64,000 nt of DNA, taken from the NCBI GenBank assembly GCA_963704165.1, contig CAVPHD010000009.1:259673-323672 (forward strand), given 5' to 3'. Shown here in pieces: positions 45,227 to 56,493 of this stretch; positions within the stretch are counted from its first letter, which is position 1; every line of letters begins with the position of its first letter. Under the pieces are notes generated by a model. It saw only the letters and a list, made by a program, of their open reading frames with translations, was not told the origin of the DNA and searched no databases. The position numbers and the translations under genes are program-made. Source of the DNA: an uncultured delta proteobacterium (GTDB taxonomy: Bacteria; Myxococcota_A; UBA9160; SZUA-336).

Positions 45227-46432
45227 ATGACGTCGCCCTGCGAGGGACTGAAGGTCGTCGAGGTCGCGAACTGGGTCGCAGGCCCCGCCGCCGGCGCGAT
45301 GTTCCGCGACATGGGCGCCGAGGTGCTGAAGATCGAGCCGCCCGAGGGCGACGCGCTGCGCGCCTTCAAGATGCGCAACCTCGGCTACGACACGGACTTG
45401 AACACCGCCTTCGAGCTCGACAACCGCGGCAAGCGATCGCTCGTGCTCGACTTCGAGAAACCGCGTGCGCGCGAGGTGGTGGTTCGGCTGGTGCGCGACG
45501 CCGACGTCTTCCTCACCAATCTCACCCAGCCGCGCCGAGAGAAGTACGGTCTGACGTACGAACGACTGACGGCGGCGAACCCGCGGCTCGTCTACACCTC
45601 GCTCACCGGCTACGGCACGCACGGTCCGGATCACTGGCGACCGGGCTTCGACTACGCGGCCTTCTGGGCGCGATCGGGAATCATGGCGACGCTCGGCGAG
45701 CCGCCGTCGGCGCCTCCGCTCTGCCGCGGCGGACAGGGCGATCACACCACGGCGTTGAATCTCGTGCTCGCCTCACTCGCCGCGCTGCGGCTGCGTGATC
45801 GCACCGGTGAAGCCCAGTACGCCGACGTCACTCTCTACGGCACGGGCATGTGGACGCTCGCCGGCGACCTCTCGGCGGCGTTGATCACGCGGGCGCACCC
45901 GCCCCGTCACGATCGAACGGCGCCCGCGAATCCGATCTGGAACTCGTACCCGACGCGCGACGGCCGCTTCATCCTGCTCGTGCACCCGGACCCGCAGCCG
46001 TTCTGGCCGCGTTTCTGCGCGGCGATCGGTGAGCCCACGTGGGTGGACGACCCGCGCTGGGACACCGCGGCGAAGCGGACCGCGGCCGCGCGAGAGCTGT
46101 CTGGCGCGATCGGGGAGCGCTTCGCGCGCGAAGACTTCGAACACTGGTCCCACGCACTCGACGAGCAGAAGCTGATCTGGGCGCCGGTCGAGACGCTGGA
46201 CCGCGTGATCGTCGATCCCCAGGCGCGCGCGATCGGCGCGTTCGTGCAGATCGACCACCCCAAGGAAGGCCGCTTCGAAACGGTGGCCGTGCCGCTCGCG
46301 ATCGCGAACAGCCGGATCGAGCCCAGGGGACCCGCGCCCGAGCTCGGCGCGCACTCGCGCGAAGTCCTGGCCGAGCACGGCTTCAGCGCCGACGAGATCC
46401 TCACGCTCGACGCCGAGGGCGTGCTCGGTTGA
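45227..46432 (+). CDS. CoA-transferase family III (CaiB/BaiF) protein
   Basis: ATG 45227 after GGGAGA. Product MTSPCEGLKVVEVANWVAGPAAGAMFRDMGAEVLKIEPPEGDALR... Confidence 0.88.
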   Translation: MTSPCEGLKVVEVANWVAGPAAGAMFRDMGAEVLKIEPPEGDALRAFKMRNLGYDTDLNTAFELDNRGKRSLVLDFEKPRAREVVVRLVRDADVFLTNLTQPRREKYGLTYERLTAANPRLVYTSLTGYGTHGPDHWRPGFDYAAFWARSGIMATLGEPPSAPPLCRGGQGDHTTALNLVLASLAALRLRDRTGEAQYADVTLYGTGMWTLAGDLSAALITRAHPPRHDRTAPANPIWNSYPTRDGRFILLVHPDPQPFWPRFCAAIGEPTWVDDPRWDTAAKRTAAARELSGAIGERFAREDFEHWSHALDEQKLIWAPVETLDRVIVDPQARAIGAFVQIDHPKEGRFETVAVPLAIANSRIEPRGPAPELGAHSREVLAEHGFSADEILTLDAEGVLG

Positions 46433-47370
46433 GCGAGGCGCAGGCCGAGATGCTCGCGAACCGGCTGCGCAAACGTTCGCGGCACCTGTCGAAGTGGGCG
46501 CGCCGAACGGGTGTCTCCTGTTACCGCCTGTACGATTGCGACATTCCCGAGATCCCGCTCGTGATCGACCGGTACGAGGGCCGGGTACACGTGTCGGTGT
46601 ACGCGCGCGAAGGCGACGCCCTGCGCGACGACGGCTGGGTCGACGCGATGACGGCCGCCATCTCGAACGCGCTCGAGCTTCCGCGCGAAGACGTCTTCGC
46701 GAAGCGCCGCGCCGGCCAGCCCGGCGCGACGCAGTACGGCAAGCTCGGCGACGACCGCGCGACCTTCACGGTGACCGAAGCGGGTCTCCGCTTCCGGGTG
46801 AACCTTTCCGACTACGTCGATACGGGGCTCTTCCTCGACCACCGCGAGACGCGCGTCCGGGTCGGCCGGGAGGCCTCGGGCACGCGCTTCCTGAACTTGT
46901 TCTGCTACACCGGCGCATTCACCGTCCATGCCGCAGCCGGGGGTGCGATCGCGACGACCAGCGTCGACCTCTCGAAGACCTATCTCGACTGGGCCGCCGA
47001 GAACCTGCGCCTGAACGGGCTCGATGGCGCGCAGCACGAGCTCGTGCGCGCCGACGTGCTGGAGTTCCTCGAGCGCGACACGGGACCGTACGACCTGGCC
47101 GTCCTCGACCCGCCGACGTTCTCGAACAGCAAGAAGATGCGCGGCGCGCTCGACCTGCAGCGCGATCACGCCGCCCTCGTGAACGCGACGCTGCGCCGGC
47201 TCGCGCCCGGCGGCGTGCTCTGGTTCTCGACCAATTTCCGGCGCTTCAAGCTCGACGCGGCGGCCCTCGACGCGGAATCGATCGAGGACGTCTCGCGCGA
47301 GACGCTGCCCGAGGACTTCCCCGACCCGCGCACGCGCTACGCATGGCGAATCGTGAAGCCGCGCGCGTGA
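46429..47370 (+). CDS. class I SAM-dependent rRNA methyltransferase (stand-alone, like the RlmK / RlmL C-terminal domain)
   Basis: ...FRVNLSDYVDTGLFLDHRETR...FLNLFCYTGAFTVHAAAGGA..TTSVDLSKTYLDWAAENLRLNGL...LDPPTFSNSKKM. Start at TTG 46429 (overlapping the previous stop) or ATG 46450. Confidence 0.8.
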   Translation: MSEAQAEMLANRLRKRSRHLSKWARRTGVSCYRLYDCDIPEIPLVIDRYEGRVHVSVYAREGDALRDDGWVDAMTAAISNALELPREDVFAKRRAGQPGATQYGKLGDDRATFTVTEAGLRFRVNLSDYVDTGLFLDHRETRVRVGREASGTRFLNLFCYTGAFTVHAAAGGAIATTSVDLSKTYLDWAAENLRLNGLDGAQHELVRADVLEFLERDTGPYDLAVLDPPTFSNSKKMRGALDLQRDHAALVNATLRRLAPGGVLWFSTNFRRFKLDAAALDAESIEDVSRETLPEDFPDPRTRYAWRIVKPRA

Positions 47371-47383
47371 TAGCGTAGCTCGC

Positions 47384-47956
47384 ATGAGCGGAGGGCTTCA
47401 CGACTACGAGCAGGTCTCGGTCTACGGCCTCGACGACGCCGCGCGCGAGGATCTCTTGCGCACGCACGCCGAGTGCAGCTTCAACTGGGCGACGAAGGAC
47501 GGCTGGCCGGTCGGCGTCATCATGTCGTACCTGTGGAAGGACGGCCGCTTCTGGCTCACGGCCGGGGCGCACCGCCACCGCATCGAGGCCGTGCGACGAG
47601 ACCCGCGCGTGTCGATCGTCGTCACCAGCACCGGCACGAAGCTCGGCCCGGGCAAGAGCGTGACCGCGAAAGGGCGTTGCACCGTGCACGAGGACGCCGA
47701 GACCAAGCGCTGGTTCTACCCCGAGTTCGCGCGTCATCTCTACCCCGAGGCTTCGGCCGCGGAGAAGTTCGCGGCGTTCCTCGACTCACCCCTTCGCGTC
47801 GTTCTCGAAGTCACTCCCGAGAAGTGGATCAGCTACGACGGCGTGAAGATGTTCCTCGACGGTGCCGGCAAGCTGCCGGCCGAGAAGCGCACGGCGCCCA
47901 AGAGCAGCGACTCCATCCGGCTCGCGCGTGAGCTCGAACGCCGCGGCCTCGGGTAG
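47384..47956 (+). CDS. pyridoxamine 5'-phosphate oxidase family protein
   Basis: 190-aa ORF ...CSFNWATKDGWPVGVIMSYLWKDGRFWLTAGAHRHRIEAVRRDPRVSIVV... Confidence 0.65.
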   Translation: MSGGLHDYEQVSVYGLDDAAREDLLRTHAECSFNWATKDGWPVGVIMSYLWKDGRFWLTAGAHRHRIEAVRRDPRVSIVVTSTGTKLGPGKSVTAKGRCTVHEDAETKRWFYPEFARHLYPEASAAEKFAAFLDSPLRVVLEVTPEKWISYDGVKMFLDGAGKLPAEKRTAPKSSDSIRLARELERRGLG

Positions 47957-48013
47957 CCGCGAGGCTCAAGTCCGACGGCGCCGGGGACGAATCGAGCGTC
48001 GAGGAGCTCGCTC

Positions 48014-48577
48014 TTGACTGCCCCTGCCGCTCGCGCGTTCGCGCGCGCTCTGCTCGTCGGTCTGCTGCTCGCCGCCGCGAGCTCGCACGCGTCCGCGGGT
48101 GAGCTCTACCGCTGGGTGACCGAGGACGGGCGGGTCGAGATCGGACCCGTCCCTCCCGCGGGCGCTTCGGCCGTCCCGTGGCGACCGGGGCAGGACGCCG
48201 CCGCCAAGCCCGCGGAAGCGACGGCGCCCGCAGGCCGGGCGAAGGGCCGCGCTCGCGGTGATCGCGCGTGCGCACGGCATCGAGAGGCCTCGCGCCAGAC
48301 CGCCCAAGCGCTCATCGATGCCGAGACCGAAGTCACGCGTCTCGAGCAGAAGATCGAGATGCTCGAGTCCAGCCACGTCGCGTACTCGCGGACGAGCTGC
48401 GTGTCCCAGGGAATCGACGGCCCGAGATCGAACTGTGTCTCTCATCGATTCGACCGCGACGCCGAAATCGAGCGCGCGGAGGCGGCACTCGACGCGGCGC
48501 AGGAGCGCCTCGCCGATCTGGAGCTGCACGCGCGGCGCGAAGCACCGTCGAGCTGCCCGCCCGCGTCCGCGGACTAG
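48014..48577 (+). CDS. secreted DUF4124-domain protein with a coiled-coil region
   Basis: 187-aa ORF with a signal peptide (..LLLAAASSHASA) followed by GELYRWVTEDGRVEIG, typical of DUF4124. Confidence 0.6.
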   Translation: MTAPAARAFARALLVGLLLAAASSHASAGELYRWVTEDGRVEIGPVPPAGASAVPWRPGQDAAAKPAEATAPAGRAKGRARGDRACARHREASRQTAQALIDAETEVTRLEQKIEMLESSHVAYSRTSCVSQGIDGPRSNCVSHRFDRDAEIERAEAALDAAQERLADLELHARREAPSSCPPASAD

Positions 48578-48587
48578 CGCGTGACGA

Positions 48588-49379
48588 CTACCGCCCGGTG
48601 AAGCGCGGCTTGCGCTTCTCCTGGAACGCCTTCACGCCCTCGGCGTAGTCGTGGGAGCGGCCCGCGAGCGCCTGCAAGTCGCGCTCGCGGTCGAGCTGCG
48701 CGTCGAGATCGCTCGCGAGCGACGCGTTCGTCGCGCGCTTGATCAGGCCGATCGCGGTGGTGGGCATCGCGGCCATGCGCGTCGCGAGGGCTTCCGCCTC
48801 GGCCATCAGCTGCTCCGGCTCGTGCACCGCCCAGATCATGCCGAAGCCGAGCGCCTGTTCCGCGCTGATCTTCTCGCCGAGCATCATCAGCGCCCTGGCG
48901 CGCGGCAAGCCGACGAGGCGCGGCAGGAAGTACGTGCCCCCGCTGTCGGGAACCAGCCCGATGTTGACGAAGGCCTGGATGAAGTTGGCGTTTTTCGCGG
49001 CGAGCACGATGTCGCAGGCGAGCGCGAGGTTCGCGCCCGCGCCCGCGGCCACGCCGTTCACCGCGCACACGACGGGCTTCTCGAGCGCGACGAGCCGGCG
49101 CACGATCGGGTTGTAGTTCTGCTCGAGCACGGCCGAGAGCTCGGGGCCCTTCGAGCCGTCGGCGGGAGCGATCTCGGCCAGATCCTGCCCCGCGCAGAAC
49201 GCGCGTCCCTCGCCCGTCAGGAGCAGCGCGCGCACGTCGGGCGCGCCGGCGGCTTCGTCGAGCGCGCCGCGCAGCTCGCGCGCCATCGCGGTGTTGAAGC
49301 TGTTCAAGACGTCGGGCCGATGCAGCGTGATCCGGGCGACGCCGTCCTTGACCTCGTAGCGGATGTGTTCGCGCGTCAT
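48588..49379 (-). CDS. paaG: 2-(1,2-epoxy-1,2-dihydrophenyl)acetyl-CoA isomerase-like enoyl-CoA hydratase
   Basis: Start ATG 49379 (MTREHIRYEVKDGVARITLHRPDVLNSF...). Appears near-colinear with E. coli PaaG as I recall it (..GRAFCAGQDL..YNPIVRRL..KPVVCAVNGVAAGAGANLAL..GLVPDSGGT..AEQALGFGMIW..LDRERDLQALAGRSHDYAEGVKAFQEKRKPRFTGR). Confidence 0.85.
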   Translation of the reverse strand: MTREHIRYEVKDGVARITLHRPDVLNSFNTAMARELRGALDEAAGAPDVRALLLTGEGRAFCAGQDLAEIAPADGSKGPELSAVLEQNYNPIVRRLVALEKPVVCAVNGVAAGAGANLALACDIVLAAKNANFIQAFVNIGLVPDSGGTYFLPRLVGLPRARALMMLGEKISAEQALGFGMIWAVHEPEQLMAEAEALATRMAAMPTTAIGLIKRATNASLASDLDAQLDRERDLQALAGRSHDYAEGVKAFQEKRKPRFTGR

Positions 49380-49401
49380 GTCGGAATGATACCCTGCGCG
49401 G

Positions 49402-50328
49402 ATGGACGACGCGGAGCGCGAACGGGCCTTCCAGGCGCGCATCGACGCGGGTGAGACGATCGAGCCCAAGGACTGGATGCCCGAGGCCTACCGGCGCCAG
49501 CTGATCCGCATGATGTCGCAGCACGCGCACTCCGAGGTCGTCGGCACGTTGCCCGAGGGGAACTGGATCACGCGAGCACCGTCGCTGCGCCGCAAGCAGA
49601 CGCTTCTGGCGAAGGTGCAGGACGAAGCCGGCCACGGCCTGTACCTGTACTCCGCGGTCGAAACGCTCGGCGTCGCGCGCGAGACGCTGATCGCGGATCT
49701 ACTCGCCGGACGCGCGAAGTACTCGAACATCTTCAACTACCCCACGCTCTCCTGGGCCGACGTCGGCGCGATCGGCTGGCTCGTGGATGGGGCGGCGATC
49801 GTCAATCAGACCACGCTCGCCAAGTGCTCGTACGGCCCGTACGCACGCGCGATGATCCGGATCTGCAAGGAAGAGAGCTTCCACGAGAAGCAGGGATTCG
49901 AGCTGATGGCGGTGCTCGCATCGGGAACGCCTGCGCAACGCGAGTCGGCGCAGAGCGCGCTCGACCGCTGGTGGTGGCCGGCGCTGATGATGTTCGGCCC
50001 GCCCGACGACGCCTCGCCCAACAGCGAGCAGCTGCTCCGCTGGCGCGTGAAGCTCCGGAGCAACGACGAGCTTCGGCAGTGGTTCGTCGATCTCGCCGTG
50101 CCACAAGTGCAGGAGCTCGGGCTCGACGTTCCGGATCCGTTGCTCGAGTTCGACGCACGCGCCGGGCACTGGCGCACCGGCCCGATCGATTGGGACGAGT
50201 TCTGGCGTGTCGTGCGCGGCGGCGGCCTCTGCAATCGCGACCGAATCGCCGCGCGGACGCGCGCGCACGAGGACGGCCGCTGGGTGCGCGAAGCCGCGGA
50301 AGCCTACGCAAAGAAGAGGCAGGCATGA
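49402..50328 (+). CDS. paaA: 1,2-phenylacetyl-CoA epoxidase, catalytic subunit A
   Basis: 308-aa ORF ..[61 protein letters not shown]..; strong similarity to PaaA throughout. Confidence 0.93.
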   Translation: MDDAERERAFQARIDAGETIEPKDWMPEAYRRQLIRMMSQHAHSEVVGTLPEGNWITRAPSLRRKQTLLAKVQDEAGHGLYLYSAVETLGVARETLIADLLAGRAKYSNIFNYPTLSWADVGAIGWLVDGAAIVNQTTLAKCSYGPYARAMIRICKEESFHEKQGFELMAVLASGTPAQRESAQSALDRWWWPALMMFGPPDDASPNSEQLLRWRVKLRSNDELRQWFVDLAVPQVQELGLDVPDPLLEFDARAGHWRTGPIDWDEFWRVVRGGGLCNRDRIAARTRAHEDGRWVREAAEAYAKKRQA

Positions 50329-50624
50329 GCAACCCGACCCGCGACACGCAATGGCCGCTCTGGGAGGTCTTCGTGCAGGAGAAGGCGGGCGCGCCGCACG
50401 CGCACGCGGGATCCGTGCACGCCCCCGACGGAGAGCTCGCGCTCCAGGCCGCGCGCGACACCTACACGCGGCGCGGTCCGGTTGCGAGCGTCTGGGTGAT
50501 TCCGTCGGCCGAGATCGTCGCGACCACGCCCGCCGATTCGCCCGCGTTCCTCGAGCCCGGCCCCGAGAAGGTCTACCGCCACCCGCAGTTCTACGCTGGA
50601 CCGAAGGCGCGGAAATCCCGATGA
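50325..50624 (+). CDS. paaB: 1,2-phenylacetyl-CoA epoxidase subunit B
   Basis: ATG 50325 (ATGA overlap). Product [47 protein letters not shown]...KVYRHPQFY. Confidence 0.9.
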   Translation: MSNPTRDTQWPLWEVFVQEKAGAPHAHAGSVHAPDGELALQAARDTYTRRGPVASVWVIPSAEIVATTPADSPAFLEPGPEKVYRHPQFYAGPKARKSR

Positions 50625-51322
50625 GCGCGTCGGTCGAAACGCTTCTCCGCCTCGGCGACGACCGGCTCGTGCTCGGCCATCGCCTGTCGGAGTGGTGCGG
50701 GCACGCGCCGATCCTCGAAGAGGACCTCGCGCTCTCGAACATCAGCCTCGACCTGCTCGGCCAGGCCGCGGACTTCCTCGCGCTCGCCGCCGAACGTGAG
50801 GGAGGCGGACGCGACGCCGACGCGCTGGCCTTCGCGCGCGGGCCGACCGCGTACCGCAATTGCCTGCTGGTCGAGCAGCCCAACGGCGACTTCGCGCAGA
50901 CGATCGTGCGGCAGGTGCTCTTCGACGCGGTCGCGCTTCCCGAGCTCCTGCGGCTCGCGGATTCGGACGACGCGCCCCTCGCCGAGATCTGCACGCGTGC
51001 GGCGAAGGAGACCCGCTACCACGTGCGCCACACGCGCGATTGGTTCGTGCGCCTCGGCGACGGCACCGCGGAGAGCCATCGACGCATGCAGTCCGCGCTC
51101 GACTCGCTCTGGGTCTTCACCGACGAGCTCCGCGAATCCGCTGCCGAGCCGAGCTGGGATCGCGAGATCTCGAGCTTGATCGAAGCCGCCACGCTTCGCC
51201 GCCCCGAGGACGCCGCGTACCCGGCGACCGGCGGCCGGCGCGGCGTGCACAGCGAGCACCTCGACCACCTGCTCTCCGAGATGCAGTCCGTGGCGCGCGC
51301 GCATCCGGGGGCGCGCTGGTGA
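50621..51322 (+). CDS. paaC: 1,2-phenylacetyl-CoA epoxidase subunit C
   Basis: ATG 50621 (ATGA overlap). Product ..LLRLGDDRLVLGHRLSEWCGHAPILEEDLALSNISLDLLGQA...LLVEQPNGDFAQTIVRQ...GVHSEHLDHLLSEMQ. Confidence 0.9.
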   Translation: MSASVETLLRLGDDRLVLGHRLSEWCGHAPILEEDLALSNISLDLLGQAADFLALAAEREGGGRDADALAFARGPTAYRNCLLVEQPNGDFAQTIVRQVLFDAVALPELLRLADSDDAPLAEICTRAAKETRYHVRHTRDWFVRLGDGTAESHRRMQSALDSLWVFTDELRESAAEPSWDREISSLIEAATLRRPEDAAYPATGGRRGVHSEHLDHLLSEMQSVARAHPGARW

Positions 51323-51714
51323 CGCACGCCGAGCTCGAGGACCTGGTCGTCCGGTTCACCGAAGCGTTCAACCTCGAGGACCTCGACGCGGTGATGGCGT
51401 TCTTCGCGGACGAGGGCATCTACGACGAGTTCGACGGGACGCGAAGCGTCGGCAAGGTCGAGATCCGCCGCGCCTTCGAGCCACAGTTTCGCGGCGACTT
51501 CGGCCGGATGCGCTTCGCGACCGAGGATCTCTTCGTCGATCCCGTGACGGGCAAGGGCCTGATCTCGTGGCTCTGCACCACGGAGCGAAACGGCGTCGTC
51601 CGCGGCTGGCGCGGCCTCGACATCCTCGTCTTCGAGGGCGGGAAGGTCGTCGAGAAGCACACCTATGCGAAGGCCGAGCGCTTGAAGCTCGGGGAGGTTC
51701 CCGCCGAGTCATGA
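51319..51714 (+). CDS. SnoaL-like / NTF2-fold protein (occupies the position where paaD is expected)
   Basis: GTG 51319 (GTGA overlap). Product VTHAELEDLVVRFTEAFNLEDLDAVMAFFADEGIYDEFDGTRSVGKVEIRRAFEPQF... Confidence 0.7.
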   Translation: MTHAELEDLVVRFTEAFNLEDLDAVMAFFADEGIYDEFDGTRSVGKVEIRRAFEPQFRGDFGRMRFATEDLFVDPVTGKGLISWLCTTERNGVVRGWRGLDILVFEGGKVVEKHTYAKAERLKLGEVPAES

Positions 51715-52580
51715 GCGAGCTCTCGCCCGGTCTGATCGAACGGATGCTCTCGCGGCTCGGATTCGACGCCGAGCCGGGGATCGACCGCAAGGGACTCGAA
51801 GCGCTCTACCTCGCCTGGTGTCGCGCCGTTCCCTTCGACAACGTCCGAAAGCGCATCGCGCTGCTCGAGCGCAATCCCGGGCCACTTCCCGGCGGCCAGC
51901 CCGGGGATTTCCTCAGCGCGTTTCTCGAGCACGGAACGGGCGGAACCTGCTGGCCGTCGAGCAACGGCCTGCACGCGCTCGTTCACGCCTGCGGCTTCGA
52001 CGTGCGCCGGATCTCCGCCTCGATGGCCGACCGCAACGACCACAACCACGGGAGCCTGGTCGTGCGGCTCGCCGGCGAGGAGCTTCTGGTCGACTCGTCG
52101 ATGCTGAACGAGGCCCCGATCCCGCTCCCGCGAGAGCGCACGGCCGCACTCGAGCACCCGGTGCATCCGATCCGGATCGAGCCAGCGGAGGCGGGGCTGC
52201 TGATCCACTGGGGCATGAGCATGTCGGCCGACACCATGCCGTGTCGGCTGCTCCGCGACCCCGTGGACGAGACCTTCTACCTCGAGCGCTACGAGATCTC
52301 GCGCGGCGTCTCCGTCTTCAATGCCGGGCTCTACGCGCGCCGGAACTTTCCGGGCCGCCTGGTCTCGTTCGCCGGTACCACGCGCTTCGAGAAGACCGCC
52401 TCGGGCGTGACGAGCCGCGCGCTCGCGCCCGACGAGCTGCGCGCGGCGCTCGTCACGGAGCTCGGCCTCTCGGAGGCGATCGTCGCGCGCCTCGCCGCCT
52501 GCGGTGGGCTCGGCTCTGACCCTCGCCCTCGCGACGGATACACTACGGGCCTCGAACGATCGCGGAGGACGTCGTCATGA
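51711..52580 (+). CDS. arylamine N-acetyltransferase (NAT) family protein
   Basis: ATG 51711 (ATGA overlap). Contains ..VPFDNV...EHGTGGTCWPSSNGLHALV (GGxC nucleophile context) ...HNHGSLVVRLAGEELLVDSS (His..Asp); NAT Cys-His-Asp fold pattern. Confidence 0.7.
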   Translation: MSELSPGLIERMLSRLGFDAEPGIDRKGLEALYLAWCRAVPFDNVRKRIALLERNPGPLPGGQPGDFLSAFLEHGTGGTCWPSSNGLHALVHACGFDVRRISASMADRNDHNHGSLVVRLAGEELLVDSSMLNEAPIPLPRERTAALEHPVHPIRIEPAEAGLLIHWGMSMSADTMPCRLLRDPVDETFYLERYEISRGVSVFNAGLYARRNFPGRLVSFAGTTRFEKTASGVTSRALAPDELRAALVTELGLSEAIVARLAACGGLGSDPRPRDGYTTGLERSRRTSS

Positions 52581-52945
52581 AGAGCAACGAGCAGGTGATC
52601 CGGGATTTCATCGGCGCGTGGTCGCGCCTCGATGTCGAGGAGCTCGTCGGGTACTTCACCGACGACGGCATCTACCACAACATGCCGATGGCGCCGGTGA
52701 AGGGCCGCGAGAACGTGCGCAACCTGCTTCGGGGATTCCTCTCGGCCTGGACGAAGACCGACTGGGAGATCCTGAACCTGATGAGCTCGGGAGACGTCGT
52801 CATCGCCGAGCGGGTCGATCGCACCGAGGCGGGCGAGAAGAAGGTCGACCTGCCCTGTACCGGCGTTTTCGTGATGGAAGGCGGGAAGATCAAGGAGTGG
52901 CGGGACTACTTCGACTTCCAAACCTACCAGCGCGGGATGAGCTGA
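52577..52945 (+). CDS. limonene-1,2-epoxide hydrolase (LEH) family protein
   Basis: 122-aa ORF (ATGA overlap). I could align it by eye with Rhodococcus LEH as I recall it: YF.DDGIYHNMPM.P.KGR..V...ERVD......GVF....GKI.EWRDYFD. The Tyr/Asn and Arg-x-Asp/Asp catalytic positions are retained. Confidence 0.8.
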   Translation: MKSNEQVIRDFIGAWSRLDVEELVGYFTDDGIYHNMPMAPVKGRENVRNLLRGFLSAWTKTDWEILNLMSSGDVVIAERVDRTEAGEKKVDLPCTGVFVMEGGKIKEWRDYFDFQTYQRGMS

Positions 52946-52949
52946 GGGC

Positions 52950-53031
52950 TACCGGGGACAGGACTCGAACCTGCACGCCTTGCGGCAACGGCTCCTAAGG
53001 CCGTCGCGTCTGCCAATTCCGCCACCCCGGC
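52950..53031 (-). tRNA. tRNA-Leu (anticodon TAG), long variable arm
   Basis: Minus strand GCCGGGGTGGCGGAATTGGCAGACGCGACGGCCTTAGGAGCCGTTGCCGCAAGGCGTGCAGGTTCGAGTCCTGTCCCCGGTA. Its 3' end lies 4 nt from the LEH stop codon. Confidence 0.9.
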
Positions 53032-53069
53032 GCGGGCGCGTTCGCCCACGCCGAGAGTAGCAGAGGGCG

Positions 53070-53837
53070 CTAGCGGGTCGCGGCGGCAGGCTGCTCCGCG
53101 CGCGGGATCACGATCTCGCGCGGCGCCGAGGCGACCGGTACGAAGAGTGACGGCTTGAGCCGGCGCTTCAGCTCGTCGAGCTCGCGGCGCGCGGCGTCGT
53201 GCTTGGCCTCGTCGCGGATCGCGCGCACGCGCCGCTCGAGTCCGGAATCGAGGTCGAGGTCGATCCTGCTCTCGGCCTTCAGCCGCTCGATCTCCCCGCG
53301 CACGCTCTCGAGCGCCTTCATCTCGCCGTCGGTCGAGAGGCCCTCGAAGGCGGACTGGATGCGGCGCCGTGCACGGGCGCTCGCGAGCGCGGCGAGCATG
53401 CGCACCTTCTCGCGCTCGAGGTTGCGGATCTCGGCGCGGAACTTCACCAGATTGGCCTTCGCGCCCTCGCACTCGGTCGAGACCTCGTCGAGCTCGCGCT
53501 GGCCGCGTTCGAGATCCTGGAGCAGCGCGTCCTTCTGGGTGATCAGCACCAGCGCGACCTCGTCGTCGTTTCGCTTCACGGCGCGGCCGATGTCCTCGTG
53601 CAGACGCGAGAGCTCGGCGCGCCGCTCGCGCAGCTCGCCCTCGATCTTGTTTCGCATGTACAAGATGCCCGCGACCGCGCGCTTGAGCTCCGCGTACTGG
53701 CGCACGCGCTCGCCGATCACGCGCTCGTAGACCGCGTCGGGCCGCTCCGCTTCGCGCTCGCGCATCCAGACCGCGAAGACGCCGTTTACCAGGTCGCGAA
53801 AGCGCGAGACGATGCCCCGATGTCCGTGCATGCTCAT
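53070..53837 (-). CDS. pspA: PspA/IM30 family protein
   Basis: 255-aa all-helical ORF ..IVSRFRDLVNGVFAVWMREREAERPDAVYERVIGERVRQYAELKRAVAGILYMRNKIEGEL... The AGGAGG RBS overlaps the stop of the upstream regulator gene. Confidence 0.85.
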   Translation of the reverse strand: MSMHGHRGIVSRFRDLVNGVFAVWMREREAERPDAVYERVIGERVRQYAELKRAVAGILYMRNKIEGELRERRAELSRLHEDIGRAVKRNDDEVALVLITQKDALLQDLERGQRELDEVSTECEGAKANLVKFRAEIRNLEREKVRMLAALASARARRRIQSAFEGLSTDGEMKALESVRGEIERLKAESRIDLDLDSGLERRVRAIRDEAKHDAARRELDELKRRLKPSLFVPVASAPREIVIPRAEQPAAATR

Positions 53838-53847
53838 CTGCGTCCTC

Positions 53848-55243
<1,396 letters not shown>

Positions 55244-55247
<4 letters not shown>

Positions 55248-56383
55248 CTCGAGACCTCGGGGCTCTGGGCCTGCTTCGGGAAGTGCAGCGTGAACTCGCT
55301 GCCCTGCCCGGGCGCCGAGTGAAGCTCGATCTCGCCACCGTGCGCGTCGACGAGCTTGCGCGTGATCGCGAGCCCGAGTCCCGTTCCGTTCGCCTTCGAG
55401 GTGAAGAACGGCTTGAAGATCCGCGCCTGCGTCTCGGCATCCATGCCCGGGCCGTTGTCGCGCACCCGCGTCCACACTTCGTTCCCGCCGAGGTTCTCGC
55501 CGATCGCGAGCTCGAGCACGGGGCTCGTCGTCCTCGCCTCGACGAACGCGTCGAGCGCGTTCCCGATCAGGTTGATGAAGACGCGGCGCAGCTGCTCGGC
55601 GTCGCCGACCATCTCGCCCGGCACGTCGAAGTCGCGCTGCACCTTCACACCCGCGTTCTCGCAGCGCTCGCGAAGCGACTCGAGCGCGCTCTCGGCGGCA
55701 TCGACGAGCTTCATCTGCTGCGGGTGCATCTCCTCTTCGCGCGCGTAGCGCAGAAGGTGCGAGATCGAGCGTTCGACGCGGTCGAGCTCGTGCAGCGCGA
55801 TCTGCGCGTACTCGACGTTCTCGGCCGAGCCGGGGTCTTCGCCGAGCTGTTGCACGAGGCTCTTCGCGGCAGTGATCGGATTGCGGATCTCGTGTGCGAT
55901 CGACGCGGAGAGCTCTTCGAGCGAGCGCAGCTTCTCGTCCTCGAGCGCGACGCGCTGGCGCGAGACGGATCGCGAGACCTGCCGTTCGACCTCGCTGCGC
56001 ACCCACTTCCGGCGCAGATCCGGCGCGACGATCGCCTGGAAGAAGTGCGAGGCGAGACCGATGCCCCAGGCCAGCGCGACGATCACCGCGGTACGGAAGT
56101 TGATGAACGCCAGGAACAAGACGACGAACGAGTACGAGATCAGATGCTGGAAGAAGCGGATCTTGCGCTCGGCCGTGCGGCGCGCCTCGAGGTAGGTCTC
56201 TTCTTCGGGAGAGAGCTCGCGGCCGCGGCGCCGCGCGCGCCGGCGCTCGCGCTCGGCGTCCCGTTCGTCGCGTGCGGCGTCGCGAGCGGTGCGCGCATCG
56301 ACACGGCCCGGACGACTCCAATCGGGACGCCCGTGGCGGTCTCGCGTCCTTCCCTTGTCCCCGTCGTCCCAGCGCTTTGGCAT
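55244..56383 (-). CDS. sensor histidine kinase with an N-terminal Arg/Asp-rich region and a 2TM-type membrane hairpin
   Basis: Start ATG 56383 ([10 protein letters not shown]..). Membrane hairpin [40 protein letters not shown]-box [12 protein letters not shown] boxes [27 protein letters not shown] overlap with the regulator start. Confidence 0.88.
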
Positions 56384-56493
56384 CCGCTTCACTCCACACG
56401 GGCCCACGGCCCCGAGCAGGACCCGAATCGAGGGGATCCCTGGCCCGGGCGGACTTGGCTGGATTGTAGATCGCCGCATCGGTCCAGCCCGAG

